Notes: generated by a model from the sequence alone, not told the origin. DNA of 40,273 nucleotides from Gemmatimonadota bacterium (GCA_039591655.1 JBDHDE010000024.1:1-40273); one strand, 5' to 3'. Numbered from the stretch's first letter, positions 27,703 through 37,875 are shown. Made by a program: numbers and translations.

Positions 27703-27756
27703 TAACCGAGGGTGTAGGGCGACGAAAGGTGACACGCCGAGACCGTGGCTTCTTTC

Positions 27757-30408
27757 CTAGGTGTCGAGCAATTGCCGCGCGGGACCGCGGAAGACCAACT
27801 CATACGGTGAGCGCTGGCCCAACCCCTCGATCCAGCCCCGCGCATCGTCGCTGCGCCCCAGCGTCATTAGAACCTGCCCACGTAGGAAGCGCTCCGGCGC
27901 GAGGGCGTAGAACGGAGAGGCCAGCGCCCGCTGGAACAATCCCCCGAAGCGCGTCTGCTCGAGCAGCGACAGCGCCTTCTCCGGTTCACCTTGCTCCACG
28001 GCTACCCTGGCGCCCACGCCGAGAGACAGGTTTCGGGACATCGCAGGCGCCTCCGCCGGCGGCGGCAGCTCGGCGCACCCGCTGGCGTACTGCAGCCCCG
28101 CGTCGGCATCTCCCAGGCGCGCAGACACGAGTCCCAAAAGGTAGAGCCGCAGGTGCGGGTGCAGGGTGTCGTGCACCGCAAGTGCCAGGTTCGCCCGGGC
28201 CGGAGGCCGGTCGCTGGATGGCCGCCACGCGACGAGACCGTCGTGCAATCGACGCAACTCGTCCGGGCTCGTCTCGATGAACGGCTGGGTCAGGAGGAGC
28301 GCCCGGTGCTCCAGCGCCGCTGCGCGGTCTGCCTTCTCCGCGGTTGCCAGGTGCTGCATCGCCGCTGCACGATCCCCGCGGGCTGCCGCGAGATGCCCCA
28401 GGATGATCTGCCCCAGGGCTCCCAACGCTCCGGCTGGAACGATGCGCGCGATGTACTCGGCGAGCTCGCCTGCGGCCCGCAGGTCGCCGGCGTACAACGC
28501 GATGTCCGCAAAGGCCGTGGCGACGGCCACCGGTCGCGCACTCCGTAGGCCCGCCAGTACCTCCGCCTTTGCCTCTTCGTCGTTCGACCTGAACGCGCCA
28601 ATCCCCCGCATCGCGAGTGACTGATCGCCCGCCGGACTCAGCGTGACAACGCGCTCCACCATCCGGTTCACGTCGTCATGGCGCTGCTCGAGTGCGGCGA
28701 TCCTCACGAGGTGAGCGAGCGCCGCCACGTGCGTGGGATCGAGCGACACCGCCCGCTCGAGGGCCGGGCGGGCCTCGGTCACCGACCGACCCCGGTGGGG
28801 GTTGTAGTCGAACTGCAGGCTGCCGAGGAGAAACCACGCCTCGACGGTATCCGGGCGATCGCCAGCCACCCGTACGTAGAGTGCCTCCACGTCGTCTGCC
28901 GCGCCGCGGAACCAGGCCTGCTGCGCCTCGAGCAACAAGCTGGCATGGGGCGCGAGCCGCTGCCGGTGCTCCCAAGCACTGGCGGACGCCTCCGCGGCCC
29001 CCTCCCGCATGGCGCAGGCCAGCCGGGCGGCCGCCAGCCGGTAGTGACCGAGGGCGAAGGTGGGGTCCGCGGCGACAGCCCGTTCGTAGGAACTCACCGC
29101 TTCGAAGTACTCGCCCTTGCGGAACGCCCGCTCGCCGCCGAGGTGGGCCTTGAGCGCCGGCAGCGAGTCGGTGGTCAGCGCCGCCAGCCGGGTGATCTGC
29201 CCACCCAACGAGGTGATGCGCTCGGCGAGGAGGCGAAGCACCAGACCGTCGACGATGGCGAAGACGCCGGTCTCATGCTCGGCCTCGAAGTCCGCGCGGA
29301 TCTCCGCCGTGCCGCGCGTCTCGTAGATCGTCGCCGAGACATGGAGCCGCCGCTCGGACACGACGATGCTGCCCAACAGGAACATCCCCGCTCGGAAATG
29401 CTCCGCGACGGACCGGCCCCGATCCGGATCGATCTCCGTCAGGCCGCGAGACTGCACGTGCTGCAGCAGGGCGTGCGGGTCGACGGTGCGGAACTCCCCC
29501 GCGCCATCGAGCTTGGCGCTCAACAGATCGACGATCCCTTCGCGCAAGTACGCGAACTCGGCGCTCCCCCGCACGGCGACCGGCAATACGGCGATGACGT
29601 TTGGCTTGGGCTTGCGGGACGGCTCTGCTCGTTGCGCTTCGGTCGCCGGACCCGCTCCGCGTCGTTCGCGGACCGTCTGCATGACCGCCTGCGTCTCGGG
29701 GGACGGCTCCAGGTCGAATTCCTGCGCCATGCGGCGCGCGAATTCCTCGTAGGCCTGGAGCGCCGAGGCACGGTCGCCGAGGCGGTCCAACAGTGTGATC
29801 AGCCGGCGCAGTGCCGCCTCGTCGGTCGGCACCAGGCCGGCCGCGCGCTGGGCCCAGCGGACGGCTGCTCTCCCGTTTCCAGCCGCCTCTTCCCGCTCGG
29901 CCACCGTCCAGGCGGCCCCGGCGGCCGCAGCGCGTAGCTCCCGGCGCTCTTCGTCCAGCCAGTGCTCGAACTCCGGCGCTGACGGCACGAAGAATCCCTC
30001 CAACAGGTCACCGTGATAGAGCTCCAGCGCCTCCTCCGGGCGGCCGCTGCCGAGCGCGTCGCGGAACGCGACGACGTCGCACCACAGCGTGTCGGGCTCG
30101 ACACCCAGCTCGTCACCCCGACTCACGATCACTTCCTCACCGAGAGCCCGCCGCAGGAAGTGCACGGCACGGCGCAGCGCCGCCCGGGCATGGCTGTCGT
30201 CGAGCTCGGGCCAGAAGAGGGCGAGCAGGGAGTCACGGCGGTGGAAGCGATGGGGGAAGAACGCAGCGAGGTAGGCCAGCAGCGCTAGCCGCTTCTGCTG
30301 CTTCAGCACCTCGGCGTGCTCGTCTCCGTCAGCCGCCCGAAGATCCGCCGCGCCGAGCAGCCGGAGCCGAATCACGCCCTGAGGGACACTCAGGTCACGG
30401 CTGGGCAT
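27757..30408 (-). CDS. SARP/BTAD transcriptional regulator with TolB-N-like domain and TPRs
   Basis: LRLLG, KRLALLAYL, RRDSLLALFWPE, WCD..AF, LY.GDLLEGF, FEHWLD.ER, IAVLP, multiple TPRs; start may be GTG 30375. Confidence 0.88.
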   Translation of the reverse strand: MPSRDLSVPQGVIRLRLLGAADLRAADGDEHAEVLKQQKRLALLAYLAAFFPHRFHRRDSLLALFWPELDDSHARAALRRAVHFLRRALGEEVIVSRGDELGVEPDTLWCDVVAFRDALGSGRPEEALELYHGDLLEGFFVPSAPEFEHWLDEERRELRAAAAGAAWTVAEREEAAGNGRAAVRWAQRAAGLVPTDEAALRRLITLLDRLGDRASALQAYEEFARRMAQEFDLEPSPETQAVMQTVRERRGAGPATEAQRAEPSRKPKPNVIAVLPVAVRGSAEFAYLREGIVDLLSAKLDGAGEFRTVDPHALLQHVQSRGLTEIDPDRGRSVAEHFRAGMFLLGSIVVSERRLHVSATIYETRGTAEIRADFEAEHETGVFAIVDGLVLRLLAERITSLGGQITRLAALTTDSLPALKAHLGGERAFRKGEYFEAVSSYERAVAADPTFALGHYRLAAARLACAMREGAAEASASAWEHRQRLAPHASLLLEAQQAWFRGAADDVEALYVRVAGDRPDTVEAWFLLGSLQFDYNPHRGRSVTEARPALERAVSLDPTHVAALAHLVRIAALEQRHDDVNRMVERVVTLSPAGDQSLAMRGIGAFRSNDEEAKAEVLAGLRSARPVAVATAFADIALYAGDLRAAGELAEYIARIVPAGALGALGQIILGHLAAARGDRAAAMQHLATAEKADRAAALEHRALLLTQPFIETSPDELRRLHDGLVAWRPSSDRPPARANLALAVHDTLHPHLRLYLLGLVSARLGDADAGLQYASGCAELPPPAEAPAMSRNLSLGVGARVAVEQGEPEKALSLLEQTRFGGLFQRALASPFYALAPERFLRGQVLMTLGRSDDARGWIEGLGQRSPYELVFRGPARQLLDT

Positions 30409-30517
30409 ACGAGCCGGCAACGGGTCCGCCGCACCATGGGAACGTAGCGCGCCGGGCACACCGGTCAACCGGGATCCCACAGGCGCCCACACCGCCAACT
30501 CGACGAGGTGCGGACCC

Positions 30518-32170
30518 ATGATTGTGCGTGATGGCGCTCCACCAGATGCCGCGACCGACCCGTACGACGCCGCCGTCGTCGGCAGCGGCCTCAGCGGCGC
30601 GATGTTCGCGCAACCTCTGGTCCATGCCGGCCTCCGCGTCCTCATGCTCGAGCGCGGCGACTGGGTCCCGAGGGACTTGCGCAACCGGGACCCTGCCGGA
30701 TCGCTGGAGCTCACGCCGTTCTTCTCCGCCGATCAGACGTACCGCGCGGCCAACGGCCGGCGGGAGGCCACCGTGCGAAGCTGCTCGTGCGTCGGCGGCG
30801 CAGCGGTGTTCTTCGGGGGAGCCGTGCTCCGGTACCGCGAGGCGGATTTCGAGCCGGACCCGGAGATCATTGGTGACTCCGGCGCGCGCTGGCCCATCAG
30901 GTACCGGGACCTCGAGCCTTACTACAGTCTGACGGAGCACGCCCTGGGGGTCGCCGGCGTGAGCCGGTCGGACCCCACCGAGCCGCCGCGCGGCATGCCC
31001 TACCCGCAGCAGCCCCGGCCCCTCAGCGCCGTCTCCCTGCGGATCGCCGCTGCAGCCCGCGCACTGTCGTTGCATCCCTCGATGCTTCCCCTGGCAATCA
31101 ACTACCAGGCGGGCCCGCGCTCTTGTGCAGGCTGCGATCGGTGCGACAGCTACGCCTGTGCGGTAGGGGCCAAGAACGACCCGGCGTCCAGCGTGCTGCC
31201 CGACCTGCTGCGCCGCGGGTTGGAGCTCAGGCCCAACACGGTGGCCGTGCGATTCGAGACGCGAGGGGGCGAGGTCACCGAACTGACCTGCTACGACCGC
31301 GCCCGTGGTCAGTGGGTCACGTATCGCGCTCGGATCTTCGCCCTCGCCGCAGGGTCCCTCGCAACGCCGCACCTGCTTCTAGCCTCGGGTCTGGACCGTC
31401 TGAACCCCGGGGGGCACACGGTGGGGCGCTACCTGATGCGACACTGCAACGCCGTCGTGTTCGGCGTGTTTCCCCGTCCACTGGACGGCGCCGCCGAGTT
31501 CCACAAGCAGCTCTGCTTCTTCGACTACTACTTCGGACACCCGGGGGTCACGCACCCACGGGGCAAGCTGGGCGTGCTCCAGCAGATCCACCCGCCGCCG
31601 CCGGGGCTTGTGCAGGCGATGCTGCCGCCGCCCATCAATCGGCTGGCCTGCACCGTGATCCCGCACATGACGGGTCTGGTGGTAATCGCGGAGGATCAGC
31701 CCCGGGCCGAGAACCGCGTCACCCTCGATCACCGGGTCCACGACCGGTACGGCCTCCCCCAGGCTCTGATCATGCACCACTACACCCGGCGCGACGTCGA
31801 TGCCCGCCGAGTGCTCATCCGCGCCGCGAAGCGGATTCTGCGTCGCGCGGGCGCCGCGCTCTTCTACGTACACCCCATCCATACGTTCTCCCACGCGCTG
31901 GGCACCGTTCGCATGGGAGACGACCCCGCGACCTCGGCACTCGACGCAGACTGCCGGTTTCGCGGCATCGAGAACCTCTACGTGGTGGACGGCAGCGCCC
32001 TGCCGACCTCCGCCGGCGTCAACCCTAGTCTCACCCTCAGCGCAAACGCGCTGCGCGTCGGTGAGCACGTCGCCGGAATCCTGCACATGGGAGCTCACAG
32101 TGACCAGGCAACCGGAAGCGCCCCTCTCGCTGGCGTTCTTGGGCTGCGGGTGGGCAACGCGCATCCATAG
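30518..32170 (+). CDS. GMC family FAD oxidoreductase
   Basis: VVGSGLSG, LERG, VGG, C..CDRC...AC, H.LGT.RMG, NLYVVDGS..P...GVNPSLT. Confidence 0.9.
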   Translation: MIVRDGAPPDAATDPYDAAVVGSGLSGAMFAQPLVHAGLRVLMLERGDWVPRDLRNRDPAGSLELTPFFSADQTYRAANGRREATVRSCSCVGGAAVFFGGAVLRYREADFEPDPEIIGDSGARWPIRYRDLEPYYSLTEHALGVAGVSRSDPTEPPRGMPYPQQPRPLSAVSLRIAAAARALSLHPSMLPLAINYQAGPRSCAGCDRCDSYACAVGAKNDPASSVLPDLLRRGLELRPNTVAVRFETRGGEVTELTCYDRARGQWVTYRARIFALAAGSLATPHLLLASGLDRLNPGGHTVGRYLMRHCNAVVFGVFPRPLDGAAEFHKQLCFFDYYFGHPGVTHPRGKLGVLQQIHPPPPGLVQAMLPPPINRLACTVIPHMTGLVVIAEDQPRAENRVTLDHRVHDRYGLPQALIMHHYTRRDVDARRVLIRAAKRILRRAGAALFYVHPIHTFSHALGTVRMGDDPATSALDADCRFRGIENLYVVDGSALPTSAGVNPSLTLSANALRVGEHVAGILHMGAHSDQATGSAPLAGVLGLRVGNAHP

Positions 32171-33068
32171 CAAGACGCTCGCGGCATTCAACGGAAGGGT
32201 ACGGCGCCGCTACGCCAGTCGCGACGCCGCCAAGGCCGACACCTTCAACGCCGAGTTCGAGGGGAGCGGCGCGTACGGTTCGTACGAGGCTGCGATCACC
32301 GACCGGTCGATTCACGCGATCGTGGTCGCCACTCCTCCCGCAGAGCATCTGGAACTCGCTGTCCGGGCCCTCCGGGCCGACAAGGACGTGATCGTCGAGA
32401 AGCCCGCGTTCCTGCGTGCGTCCGATTTCGATGCCGTCCGGCGCGTGTGCGACGAGACCGGGCGGCGCGTGTTCATTGCCGAGAACTACTTCTACAAGCC
32501 GCTGCTCCACAGCCTGCGGAAGCTGCTCGAGGACGAAGCCGTGGGGCAGCCCCTGTTCCTCCAGGTGAACGCGGTTCGGTCGCAGCGAGTCGGGGGTTGG
32601 CGCGACGACCCCACGGTAGCGGGCGGCGGTGCGCTGTTCGAGGGCGCCGTGCACTGGATCGACTTCCTGGCCAACCTCGGGCTCTCCATCGAGTCGGTGC
32701 GGGGCTTCGAGCCGGTTCGGACCGGCAAGGTCGACCGCAGCATGCTCGTGGTCATCGAGTACGGCGAGGGTGCAATCGCGACGCTGCACTACTCCTGGGA
32801 GGTCCCATCGCTCCTGCGGGGCTTGAGACTCTCTCGGATCTGGGGCACCGCCGGCTCCATCACGTTCGAGACCAACGGGCTGTTCATCGCGGTCAGCGGG
32901 ACGCAACGCCGCCTCATCATCCCCTCGCTCACGGACATCGCAGGCTACCGCGGCATGTGGCGCGATTTCCTGGAGGCGCTGTCGACCAACGGCACCCCCG
33001 AGATGACGCTCGACCTGGCTGAGCGGGACCTCAAGCTCGTGGAGGCGATCTATGCCACTGTGGACTGA
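32100..33068 (+). CDS. Gfo/Idh/MocA family oxidoreductase
   Basis: AFLGCG, ATPP..H, VEKP, AENY, GGG.L.E..VHW; GGGAG upstream of GTG 32100. Confidence 0.88.
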   Translation: MTRQPEAPLSLAFLGCGWATRIHSKTLAAFNGRVRRRYASRDAAKADTFNAEFEGSGAYGSYEAAITDRSIHAIVVATPPAEHLELAVRALRADKDVIVEKPAFLRASDFDAVRRVCDETGRRVFIAENYFYKPLLHSLRKLLEDEAVGQPLFLQVNAVRSQRVGGWRDDPTVAGGGALFEGAVHWIDFLANLGLSIESVRGFEPVRTGKVDRSMLVVIEYGEGAIATLHYSWEVPSLLRGLRLSRIWGTAGSITFETNGLFIAVSGTQRRLIIPSLTDIAGYRGMWRDFLEALSTNGTPEMTLDLAERDLKLVEAIYATVD

Positions 33069-33888
33069 GCCCCTAGTCGCCGTTGCTGTCGGCCTGCTGG
33101 CCGGCGCGCATGCATCCACGTGGGGCATGTACAAGGACGCTCCGCACGAGGGCTTCACCTGGCCCAAGTACCTCCGCAGCATCGTGGCCGCCGGCGTCCT
33201 CGCGCCGCTGGTGCAGAACCTGTTCCGGCTGGATCTCCATACCGCCGCCGGGCTGGTGCAGCTTTTCGCGCTCACGTACACGGCGGAGCGCTTCGTTCAC
33301 GAGTTCTACAAGACGTTCCTCCGACGTGAGGACCAGTCGAAGTACTTCATTCCGATGGCGCTGCACGTCGACGGGGTGGTCGTTGACAACCCTGCGCTGC
33401 GCGTGGTCGTGGGTCTGCTTTACCTAGCCGGCATCATGCTCATCGGCGCCGCCGTGCGGGTCTTCGAGCTACTGACCGCCTCGGGTGGCAGCGCCGTGCT
33501 CTCCATTCTCCTCGTCGGCAGCGCCGGGGGGTGGCTCTCGGCCTTCGGCGGCGCGTGGAAGGACGCTCCCCTGGAAGGCTTCGACCTGCGCAAGTTCTTC
33601 CGCAGCCCGCTGCTCGCTCTGGCTTATGCAGCCGCACTCGCCGGGCTGACCCGCAACTACCTCGTCATCACCGTCGCGGCCCTCGGGCTCACGATAGCGA
33701 CCATCGAGACATACAAGACGTTCTTCTTCCCGTCGGTCCCCCGAGGGAAGTTCGCCGGCAAGCCGGTGCTCTTTCCGGCGATGCTGCGTCGCCGCAAGCG
33801 GTTCGTGCCGCTCTACATCGCGATCTGGCTCGCCGTGCTGGCCACCGCGGTGGCCGCGTTCCTCTCACCTCGGGAGGGACTGTGGTAG
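33052..33888 (+). CDS. Integral membrane protein made of two homologous halves
   Basis: Repeated motifs G.(Y/W)KDAP.EGF...K(Y/F).RS and E.YKTF. Confidence 0.8.
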   Translation: MPLWTEPLVAVAVGLLAGAHASTWGMYKDAPHEGFTWPKYLRSIVAAGVLAPLVQNLFRLDLHTAAGLVQLFALTYTAERFVHEFYKTFLRREDQSKYFIPMALHVDGVVVDNPALRVVVGLLYLAGIMLIGAAVRVFELLTASGGSAVLSILLVGSAGGWLSAFGGAWKDAPLEGFDLRKFFRSPLLALAYAAALAGLTRNYLVITVAALGLTIATIETYKTFFFPSVPRGKFAGKPVLFPAMLRRRKRFVPLYIAIWLAVLATAVAAFLSPREGLW

Positions 33889-34580
33889 CGGCCGCGCTCA
33901 CGCGCCGCTACGGCGGCCGCGAGACCGACCTTCTGGTGCGCGTGTCGGCGGCACTGGCCGCGCTCGCGATTCCTGTGTCGCTCCTGGCGCCGGACGCCAT
34001 GGCGCTGGTCCCCTTCCTGCTCTTCACAGTGTGGACCAACGGTCCCCTCTCCCCGGTGCTCCCGGCATCCTACGAGCCCGTGCTGATGCTGTACGGCAAG
34101 CTGTACCCGCCGCTGCTGATCGGGGCGCTCGGCACTACCGGTGTCGTCTTCATCGAATACGTGAACTACCGCGTCTATGCCGCCGCTTCTGACCTGCGCG
34201 CGTTCCGGGGACTGCGTGACAGCAAGAGTGTGGTGCGACTCACGCGGATGTTCGAGCGCAACGCGTTTCTCACGATCGTCGTTTGCGCGGTGGCGCCGTT
34301 CCCCTACTGGGTCGCCCGCGTTCTCTCCGTATTGGCGCGCTACCCGCTCTCCCGACACCTCGCCGCGACCGCGCTGGGCAGGTTCCCACGCCTCTGCTTC
34401 TTCGCCGCCCTCAGCGCGCCCCTGGCGATCTCGAACGGCATGCTCATCGGGATCACGGCGGGCTCGATGGCGGCGGCAGGGCTGCTCTATGCGATCAAGC
34501 ATGCTCACGCGGGCCGGCCGCGGCCAACTCGCGTCCCCCGCTCCACCCTCGATCCGTTGGAGGCACCATGTGGCTCCTGA
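33882..34580 (+). CDS. VTT/DedA (SNARE-associated) family membrane protein
   Basis: Hydrophobic; ..E..NY.., APFPY...R, TALGRFPR; GGGAGG upstream. Confidence 0.75.
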   Translation: MVAAALTRRYGGRETDLLVRVSAALAALAIPVSLLAPDAMALVPFLLFTVWTNGPLSPVLPASYEPVLMLYGKLYPPLLIGALGTTGVVFIEYVNYRVYAAASDLRAFRGLRDSKSVVRLTRMFERNAFLTIVVCAVAPFPYWVARVLSVLARYPLSRHLAATALGRFPRLCFFAALSAPLAISNGMLIGITAGSMAAAGLLYAIKHAHAGRPRPTRVPRSTLDPLEAPCGS

Positions 34581-35482
34581 CCTTCTTCCTGCTCGCCGAC
34601 AGCGTCGCCGTGCTCAGCGTGCCCGTCGCGCCCGCCGAGACCGTGTCCGTGTCAGTGGTGGGACGCGGCGACGCGATCGTCTTGTTGCCAGGCATGGCCG
34701 GATCGGCGTTCGGCTTCCGGCGCCTCACTCCTCTGCTGACCGCCGAAGGCTTCCAGGTCATCGTGGTGGAGCCGCTCGGTATCGGTCGCTCGGGACGTCC
34801 CCGGGAGGCGGACTACTCGCTCACCGCCCAGGCGGTCCGCGTCGCCGCCGTACTCGACACGCTGGAGCTCCGCCGCGTGACTGTCGTGGCCCATTCACTG
34901 GGAGCTTCCATCGCGTATCGGCTCGCCGTGGAGCGGCCTGACCTCGTGGCGGGCATCCTGTCCATCGAGGGCGGTCCCGCCGAGGCGGCGGCCACACGGG
35001 GCTTCCGCCGCGCCATGCGGTTCGCACCGCTGTTCCGGGTCATCGGCGGCGAGGCGCTGGTACGCAGCAAGCTGTCTCGCGACCTCCGGGCCTCATCGGG
35101 GGACGAGTCGTGGGTGACCGATGCGGTCGTGGAGGGCTACGCAGCCGACGCGCTACGGGACTTCAACGCCTCCCTCGACGCCTTCGTCGGGATGGCGGAG
35201 TCGCAAGAGCCGTGGGCGCTGGCGCCGGTCTTGAGAGACATCCACTGCCCCGTCCGCCTGGTGTTGGGGACCGCGCGGCACCGGGGAGCGGTGCCGCCTG
35301 AGCAGATCACCCTGCTCGCGGACTCACTCCCGGCATTCGCGATCGACTCAGTATCGGGTGCCGGGCACTTCGTGTTCGAGGAGCAGCCGAGCGCCGTCGC
35401 TGAGGCACTGGAGCGGTTGCAGCTCCAGCAGGCCGTGGCGCAGGCTGGCCCACCTCAGGCAGAAGAAGGGATCACGCCATGA
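34568..35482 (+). CDS. Alpha/beta hydrolase
   Basis: LLPG..G oxyanion loop, G.GRS.RP, nucleophile AHSLG, GAGHFVFEEQP; GGAGG RBS. Confidence 0.88.
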   Translation: MWLLTFFLLADSVAVLSVPVAPAETVSVSVVGRGDAIVLLPGMAGSAFGFRRLTPLLTAEGFQVIVVEPLGIGRSGRPREADYSLTAQAVRVAAVLDTLELRRVTVVAHSLGASIAYRLAVERPDLVAGILSIEGGPAEAAATRGFRRAMRFAPLFRVIGGEALVRSKLSRDLRASSGDESWVTDAVVEGYAADALRDFNASLDAFVGMAESQEPWALAPVLRDIHCPVRLVLGTARHRGAVPPEQITLLADSLPAFAIDSVSGAGHFVFEEQPSAVAEALERLQLQQAVAQAGPPQAEEGITP

Positions 35483-36051
35483 CTAGGGACTACCCACAGC
35501 GGGGCGCACCGGCGGGAGCCGCCTGCGTGGCGATTGGCCTGCTACTGCTCCCCCTCTCTGCCGCGGCCCAGGACCCACCGCCGCCACTGGAAAGCGGCGA
35601 CCGCGTGCGGATCACCGCACCGGCCCTGGGTGTCAACCAGCAGGTCGGGGTGCTCCATGCAGCGCGCCACGACTCGCTGATAGTCGTCACCGACTCGACT
35701 GTGGCCTATCCGCTGTGGGCCGTGAGCCGCATCGACGTGTATCGCGGCCGCAAGTCCGCGTCCGGCATCGGCGCCATAGTGGGGGGCGCCTTGGGCACGA
35801 CGATCGGCGTCCTCGGCGGTGTCTTCGTCGCCAACATCTGCGGCATAGATGGAGGAAGCGACTGCCCGGACCCGCTGGTCGTCGGGACTGCAGGGGGCAT
35901 CCTGTTGGGCGCCATGGGCGCCCTGCTCGGCGCCGGCGTCGGCTCGCTGTTCCGCTCCGACCGTTGGGAGGAGGCCTCGATCGACCACGTGCGGGTGAGA
36001 GTCGTACGGCTACAGGGAGGGGTGGGGCTAGGCGTGTCGCTGGGGTTCTGA
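35479..36051 (+). CDS. Exported protein with SH3/Sm-like N-domain and glycine-rich hydrophobic hairpin
   Basis: Signal peptide (AAA-Q), GDRVRI, GxxxG repeats, C-terminal GVSLGF. Confidence 0.65.
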   Translation: MTRDYPQRGAPAGAACVAIGLLLLPLSAAAQDPPPPLESGDRVRITAPALGVNQQVGVLHAARHDSLIVVTDSTVAYPLWAVSRIDVYRGRKSASGIGAIVGGALGTTIGVLGGVFVANICGIDGGSDCPDPLVVGTAGGILLGAMGALLGAGVGSLFRSDRWEEASIDHVRVRVVRLQGGVGLGVSLGF

Positions 36052-36062
36052 CGGAGAGGCGC

Positions 36063-37637
36063 TCATCCCCGGGGGCGGTCCAGACTGCGGTACTGTACCG
36101 CTTCGCTCACATGTGTGGGGAGGATGGCGGCGCTCTCGGCGAGATCGGCGATCGTGCGGGCGATCTTGAGCACCCGGTGATAGGCTCGGGCCGAGAGCCT
36201 GAGCCGGGCGATGGCGGTCTTCAACAGCGCGTCGGCCTGCTGGCTCACCCGGCAGAACCGCCGGATGTCCCTGGGAGTCATGTGGGCGTTGGCGAACAGG
36301 GACCTGCCGGCGAACCGCTCGACCTGGCGGCGCCGGGCATGGTTCACCCGCTCGCGTATGGTCGCGCTGGACTCGCCGCTCCGCTCGCACGAGAGGTCCT
36401 TGTAGGGTACGGCCGGCACCTCGATGTGGAGATCGATCCGATCTAGCAGTGGGCCGGAGATGCGGGACAGGTAGCGCTCGATGGCGAACGGCTCGCACGT
36501 GCACCCGCGGCTGGGATCGCCGAAGTAGCCACAGGGGCAGGGATTCATGGCGGCGGCGAGCATGAACCGCGCCGGGTAGCACAGCGAGTGGGCCGCCCGG
36601 GAGATCGTCACGAAGCCGTCTTCCAGCGGTTGCCGCAACACCTCCAGCACGCTCCTGCGGAACTCTGGCAACTCGTCGAGGAACAAGACGCCGCCGTGTG
36701 CGAGGCTCACCTCTCCGGGACGCGGATGCGAACCGCCTCCGATGAGTCCGGCATCACTGATGGTGTGGTGCGGGGCACGAAAGGGCCGCTGCGTGACGAG
36801 CGAGGCGCCGGGAGGGAGCAGCCCGGCTACGCTGTGGATCTTCGTGGTCTCCAGGGCTTCCTCGAGGATCGTCTCGGGGAGGATTGTGGATAGGCGCCGG
36901 GCGAGCATGGTCTTGCCCGAGCCAGGCGGGCCGATCATGAGCAGGTTGTGAGACCCTGCCGCAGCGACCTCGAGGGCCCGCTTGGTGTGCTCCTGCCCCC
37001 GGACTTCGGCAAGGTCCACATCGTCCCGGGTGCAGCGGGCGAACAGGGTGTGTCGGTCCACATGCGCTGGGGCGAGTGCTGCGGCTCCTGCGAAGTACCG
37101 GACTACATCGGCGAGCGATGCGGCACCGAGCACCGTGACGCCGTCGACCACCCCGGCCTCCGGGAGGTTCTGGACCGGCACGATAACGCCCTTGAATCCC
37201 CCAAGCTTGGCCGCAAGCGCAATCGGCAGCGCGCCGCGCACCGGTCGCACCGCGCCCTCGAGGCTGAGCTCGCCTACCACGACGTAGTCCTCGAGGGCGG
37301 GGCATCCGCTTCGCTCTGCTTCGGTCCGCTCGGGCCGGCCTCCGGTGGGAGACAGTTGGTCGGTCGCCGCTAGGATCCCCAGCGCGATTGGCAGGTCGAA
37401 TGCCGACCCTTCCTTGCGCACGTCCGCCGGGGCGAGGTTCACGGTGATCCTCTTGAGCGGGAAGGCAAACCCAGAGTTGGCCACCGCGGCCCCCACCCGC
37501 TCGCGCCCCTCCTTCACCGCGCCCTGTGGCAGGCCCACCGTGCTGAACGACGGCAGGCCGTTGGCGATGTCGGCTTCGACATCCACCAGGTAGGCATCGA
37601 TGCCGAGGACGGCGGCCGAGCGAACGCGGGCAAGCAT
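36063..37637 (-). CDS. comM: YifB/ComM family Mg-chelatase-like AAA+ ATPase
   Basis: VGLP...[58 protein letters not shown]. Confidence 0.93.
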   Translation of the reverse strand: MLARVRSAAVLGIDAYLVDVEADIANGLPSFSTVGLPQGAVKEGRERVGAAVANSGFAFPLKRITVNLAPADVRKEGSAFDLPIALGILAATDQLSPTGGRPERTEAERSGCPALEDYVVVGELSLEGAVRPVRGALPIALAAKLGGFKGVIVPVQNLPEAGVVDGVTVLGAASLADVVRYFAGAAALAPAHVDRHTLFARCTRDDVDLAEVRGQEHTKRALEVAAAGSHNLLMIGPPGSGKTMLARRLSTILPETILEEALETTKIHSVAGLLPPGASLVTQRPFRAPHHTISDAGLIGGGSHPRPGEVSLAHGGVLFLDELPEFRRSVLEVLRQPLEDGFVTISRAAHSLCYPARFMLAAAMNPCPCGYFGDPSRGCTCEPFAIERYLSRISGPLLDRIDLHIEVPAVPYKDLSCERSGESSATIRERVNHARRRQVERFAGRSLFANAHMTPRDIRRFCRVSQQADALLKTAIARLRLSARAYHRVLKIARTIADLAESAAILPTHVSEAVQYRSLDRPRG

Positions 37638-37817
37638 GCCACACGGTGGGCTAGCCGCCGGAACGACCGGCATCGCAACGCTGCTGCGGGGATTGGAACA
37701 ACGCAGCAGCCCCCGCCGCCTTCGCCTGCGCAGCTCCTCGCTAAGCGGCGGTGCTCAACCGTGTCTCAACGGCTTTCTTGTGAGCGTCAACCGCAGCCGT
37801 GAGAACGAGATCGCCTC

Positions 37818-37853
37818 ACAAACGAACAGCGCCCGGCACAAAGCCGGGCGCTG
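37818..37853 (-). terminator. Intrinsic terminator after the MFS gene
   Basis: 11-bp perfect stem CAGCGCCCGGC/GCCGGGCGCTG with 5-nt loop, followed by TTCGTTTGT on the minus strand. Confidence 0.7.
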
Positions 37854-37875
37854 CCACTCCCGAGCGGCGCTCGCC

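Noticed and set aside
37779..37820. TGTGA and TCACA half-sites as a Crp box
   Set aside because: The half-sites are ~32 bp apart, not 6
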